Assembly: GCA_016839585.1 (NCBI GenBank)
Contig: JAEOTZ010000037.1
Location: forward strand, 1-27,019
Source of the DNA: Promethearchaeota archaeon
GTDB taxonomy: Archaea > Asgardarchaeota > Lokiarchaeia > Sigyniarchaeales > SOKP01
Direction: 5' to 3'
DNA length: 27,019 nucleotides
This document shows positions 26,701 to 27,019 of this stretch, in pieces. Both the position numbers and the translations under genes were made by a program. How positions within the stretch are numbered: the stretch's first letter is position 1; each line of letters opens with the position of its first letter. The notes beneath the pieces were generated by a model. It was not told where the DNA came from. It searched no databases and worked only from the letters and a program-made list of their open reading frames with translations.

Positions 26701-27019
26701 TTGAAGAATTTAAAGAAAAATGCGATATTTTTAGGATTTATATTTATATTATGTCTAAGTAATTGTGCACCTTTTCTCCTTACTGAGAATAATGCAATTA
26801 AAAATGAAATACAAGAAGACTTTTTACCAAAGCTTAATGCTGAAATGCTCAATCTAACCACTCCTGAAAATAAGACCTATTTTGAACCAATGAGTGGTCA
26901 TTATCCTGATCCGCATAGCTTTACACACGAAGCTCATGGGACTATGGGCGCAAATATAGATTTTGTAGATACATTTTGGAGAAATACTGCTATTACTTAT
27001 CTCTGGGCTCGGATTGATC
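26701..27019 (+). CDS. Secreted/surface protein, 5' part only; runs off the window end
   Basis: A GGTGA SD-like motif precedes TTG. The frame MKNLKKNAIFLGFIFILCLSNCAPFLL...NLTTPENKTYFEPMSGHYP stays open to the window end, with a signal-peptide-like N-terminus. Confidence 0.72.
   Translation, partial: MKNLKKNAIFLGFIFILCLSNCAPFLLTENNAIKNEIQEDFLPKLNAEMLNLTTPENKTYFEPMSGHYPDPHSFTHEAHGTMGANIDFVDTFWRNTAITYLWARID

Noticed and set aside
5487-26861. Short antisense or overlapping ORFs in the track (5487, 5697, 6479, 7132, 11554, 13091, 14179, 15242, 16515, 19019, 22479, 23397, 24345, 25892, 26634)
   Set aside because: They are mostly shadows of better-supported genes on the opposite strand or in another frame, and they carry no recognisable motifs.

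Overview
AT-rich archaeal window, most likely Lokiarchaeia (Asgard). This assignment is inferred from a Loki-CTERM-like sorted surface protein, a Rab-like GTPase, a roadblock-domain protein and an archaeal replication cluster. Bases 1-7 kb are a conserved core: GINS15 (partial), priS, priL, PCNA, an RPA-like OB protein, TFS, an SplB-like radical SAM protein and an AlkD-like repair enzyme. A ~4 kb acyl-CoA block follows (MaoC dehydratase, enoyl-CoA hydratase pseudogene, gctAB), bounded by a 106-bp duplication of the alkD 3' end. Bases 11.9-27 kb are a variable region of orphan membrane and surface genes. It is punctuated by four copies of a promoter + small Cys-rich ORF unit and holds a second block bounded by a duplicated gene 3' end. 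The most striking feature is absent from the ORF track: a tRNA-Phe(GAA) gene at 17486-17675 that reconstructs to a normal 74-nt cloverleaf only after removing four BHB-type introns (positions 5/6, 15/16, 22/23, 37/38). An N-terminally truncated LAGLIDADG endonuclease gene ends 9 bp downstream of it. All calls come from manual motif reading; no database searches were run.
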